A stretch of DNA of 62,791 bases, the filler included, from Rhabdomonas costata (Eukaryota): NCBI GenBank assembly GCA_019059605.1. It is 23 parts of 23 records of this genome, joined end to end, with 100 filler letters (N's around TTAATTAATTAA, not from the genome) between each part and the next. Parts side by side here need not be neighbours in the genome. Positions count along the whole stretch, not along the records: positions 60,162 to 62,791 come from JAHMHO010002551.1; 22 more parts are not named here. One strand, 5' to 3'. Below are positions 60,544 through 62,791 of this stretch, piece after piece; position 1 is the stretch's first letter, and the number at the start of each line of letters is the position of its first letter. Made by a program: the position numbers and the translations under genes. A model generated the notes under the pieces. That model saw nothing but the letters and a program-made list of their open reading frames with translations, was not told where the DNA came from and did no database searches.

Positions 60544-62791
60544 CTCTCCATGTCCCGGAACTCTAGGTCGATCTTCGATGCACTCATCTCCAGCAAATTC
60601 TGCATCGCCTGCTCATACTTCGCTGCCCCCACCAGCGCCGCAAACGCCGTCACCGAGGCCTCCACCTCTCCCCTCCGCAGGATACGCGACTTCACCGCGG
60701 GCTCGCCATCCTCCTCGTCGTCATCCTCATCCCCTGCCTCTGCCTTCGCTCCCAGCTCCTCCCTAGAGCGCTTTTGCTGGGCGGGAGGCAGCAGCCACTC
60801 AGGGGTGATCCCCGGGGTGGTGGCCAGGAAGAAGGGGGCGGAGAGCGTCTCTGGGGGCTTCACGGGCTTGCTGCGCGCCACAATGAGGTCAAGGTTGGGC
60901 AGCATGGCCCACTTAGGCCGTGGAGTCCCAGAGAGGGTCACCAGGCCGGCCTTGCACTGGTCCAACACCTGTAATGTGCACCACCCCGGCCGTTGGGGGA
61001 ATTCGAAAAACCCTTCCCTCGGTGCGAGAAGATGCGGGCTGCCATACAAATATAAAAAGCGACATCACAGAGACATAACTCCTCCCAAATCCTCTCCTGT
61101 GTATATTCCAAAAGGGGGACAATTTTTGGGATTAGTTTGGGATCAGAAGGCCCAGATGCTTGAACTCGCTGAAGTATCACGGAATCAAAGAATCGCAGAA
61201 TCGTAGCCCTCACACCCGATTTCCCGCACACTGTGTTGCACAAGTCTGCAACAAAAAAAGGACAGAGGCCCATTATTGGAAAAAGGTGGAGGCCAATCGG
61301 ATGAAAATGAGAACCAGATCAGCCCTGCAGACCTGGGGGTCGGGCTTCTGCACCACATCTGCGATGTCCTGGAAGGCATCGGCTACGGCCGGAGGGGCCC
61401 TGGACGGGGGCTCCTCGTGGGCCTCTGCTGAAGTCTCGGAGGGTTCCGCGGCCTGGGGGTCGGCCTCGCGCTCCGCCGCGGTTGCAGGCAGGGGCTGGGC
61501 CTCCTGGGAGAGCAGCAGGGCCTCATCCTTGACCCGCTGCGGGATGACGCCGTACTTCATCATGTTCGTCCAGAGGTACACCCCAAGCTAAGGGGGAAGA
61601 GGACAGGCCACACCGGCACATTGGGTGCGTTAAAAGTAGGCACGGTGCAAATTGTGGAAATGGAGTTGATAAGCCGAACCAAAAACATCTACAGTATCTC
61701 TGTGACGGTTCAAAATCCTGTGAATGACCTGCAAGGGAAGAATCTGTCATAAAAGGCTGCACAGTGGACGCCCACGGGGGACCATTGCACCACAATTTTG
61801 CACTCCTTTTACCGGAGAACTCGAAACTCGAAAGAAACAAAAAGCAAAAAGCAAAAAGCAAGTGGGAGTGGAGCTAGATGTCGAGCTTTTCTAAAGTCCG
61901 ACATGCGGGCAGGACGCTTTGTCCCATACCCACGAAAACACAGCAGACGATTGGGGTAGGGATGGCACGAGATTTTGGGAGTAAGGGTAGGGTTGGAGGG
62001 AGGGGCCCTTGCACCTGCCCCTGGTGCGTGGTGGCCAGAAACTGGAAACTGGGGTGCATCGCCATGGAGGTGACGGGGAACTCGAACCGGTACAGGTCCA
62101 CCAGCAGGTCCGTGGGAAGGTGAGTGACCCGTAGGGTGCCGTCCATGCTGCTGGTCAGGGCAAACGCGGAGTCCGGACTGAATACTACCCCGGTGACCGC
62201 CGCGCCGTGTCCCCGAAGCAGACGAACCGGGGAGACCACCCCTGCGTAAAGGTTGACAGAAAGTCCAAATAATGCAGGAGGCTCTGGGAAAGGGTAAGCG
62301 TCACCAGAAAGCCAAAACTAAGTGAACTATCAGTGAAAAACAGTAAATTGTGGCAAAGGTAATACGGGCGTCTGCGATTTCAAACCCCCGAGTTGAGATG
62401 CATCAACAATGCTCATTGAAAAAGGCACAAGCTAATCTACGTTTTAAATTTCGGCATGGTTCACCAGTCCGCCGAATTCCCCCCCCTCCACTGATCGAGT
62501 GATAATACAACTGCTTCTTTTTGCAGAATTAAAGCACGAATAGCCCACACACCGTGACGGAAGGGCCGTCGGACCGCTCCTGCAGACTTCTTCAGCACCG
62601 GTATCGGGGCCCGGACAATCGATCTCTTCTCCTTGAGCTCCGCAGCCTTCGCTCGGATGGCCGCTGCCAGCCTGCTCTTGGCCCCTACAGAGGGAGGCAG
62701 CTTGGCCGCCGCCGCGGCCCCACTCCCTGCTGTGGCGGGATCCAGCAGATCCACAGGCTGGTGCTCAAGGTTGATATCGTACACCCCCACC
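60544..62791 (-). CDS. UTP21: U3 snoRNA-associated protein 21 / WDR36, internal fragment
   Basis: Exons 62791-62553, 62241-62015, 61587-61333 and 60968-60544. WD40 repeat GHGAAVTGVVFSPDS...SSMDGTLRV, FLATTH, GVYLWTN, and the Utp21 domain LVTLSGTPRPKW..L.NLDLI..R.KP..PP...APFFL. Confidence 0.95.

Noticed and set aside
152-62790. Most ORFs in the supplied six-frame track
   Set aside because: They are antisense shadows of GC-rich exons or intron read-throughs, many with non-ATG starts or running into Ns. The real genes are spliced.

Overview
This window is not one continuous locus. It is 23 unrelated contigs of about 2.63-2.65 kb joined by 22 artificial 100-bp linkers (N44-TTAATTAATTAA-N44). 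Most contigs start with G/T-only and end with A/C-only tracts, which suggests single-cell whole-genome amplification. The DNA is nuclear DNA of an intron-rich, flagellated microbial eukaryote using the standard genetic code. Introns are GT-AG with an unusual GTNYG-type donor, which weakly points to Euglenozoa (inference only). Recognisable gene fragments: sterol reductase (DHCR7/ERG24 family), CsgA-type SDR, SPAG16/PF20, intronless BTB/KCTD protein, secreted LamG protein, GRWD1/Rrb1, a fucosyltransferase-like type II membrane protein, UTP21/WDR36, and several coiled-coil or unknown proteins. The most interesting items are (i) a complete, intron-containing gene for a secreted protein that resembles an uncharacterised bacterial family (candidate horizontal transfer), (ii) a 125-aa stand-alone NHLRC2/SOQ1 C-terminal-like domain with a Cys pair, and (iii) an opposite-strand gene apparently nested in a SPAG16 intron. 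Neighbourhood across linkers carries no biological meaning, so no multi-gene system can be inferred. All family assignments come from motif recognition by eye; no database searches were run.
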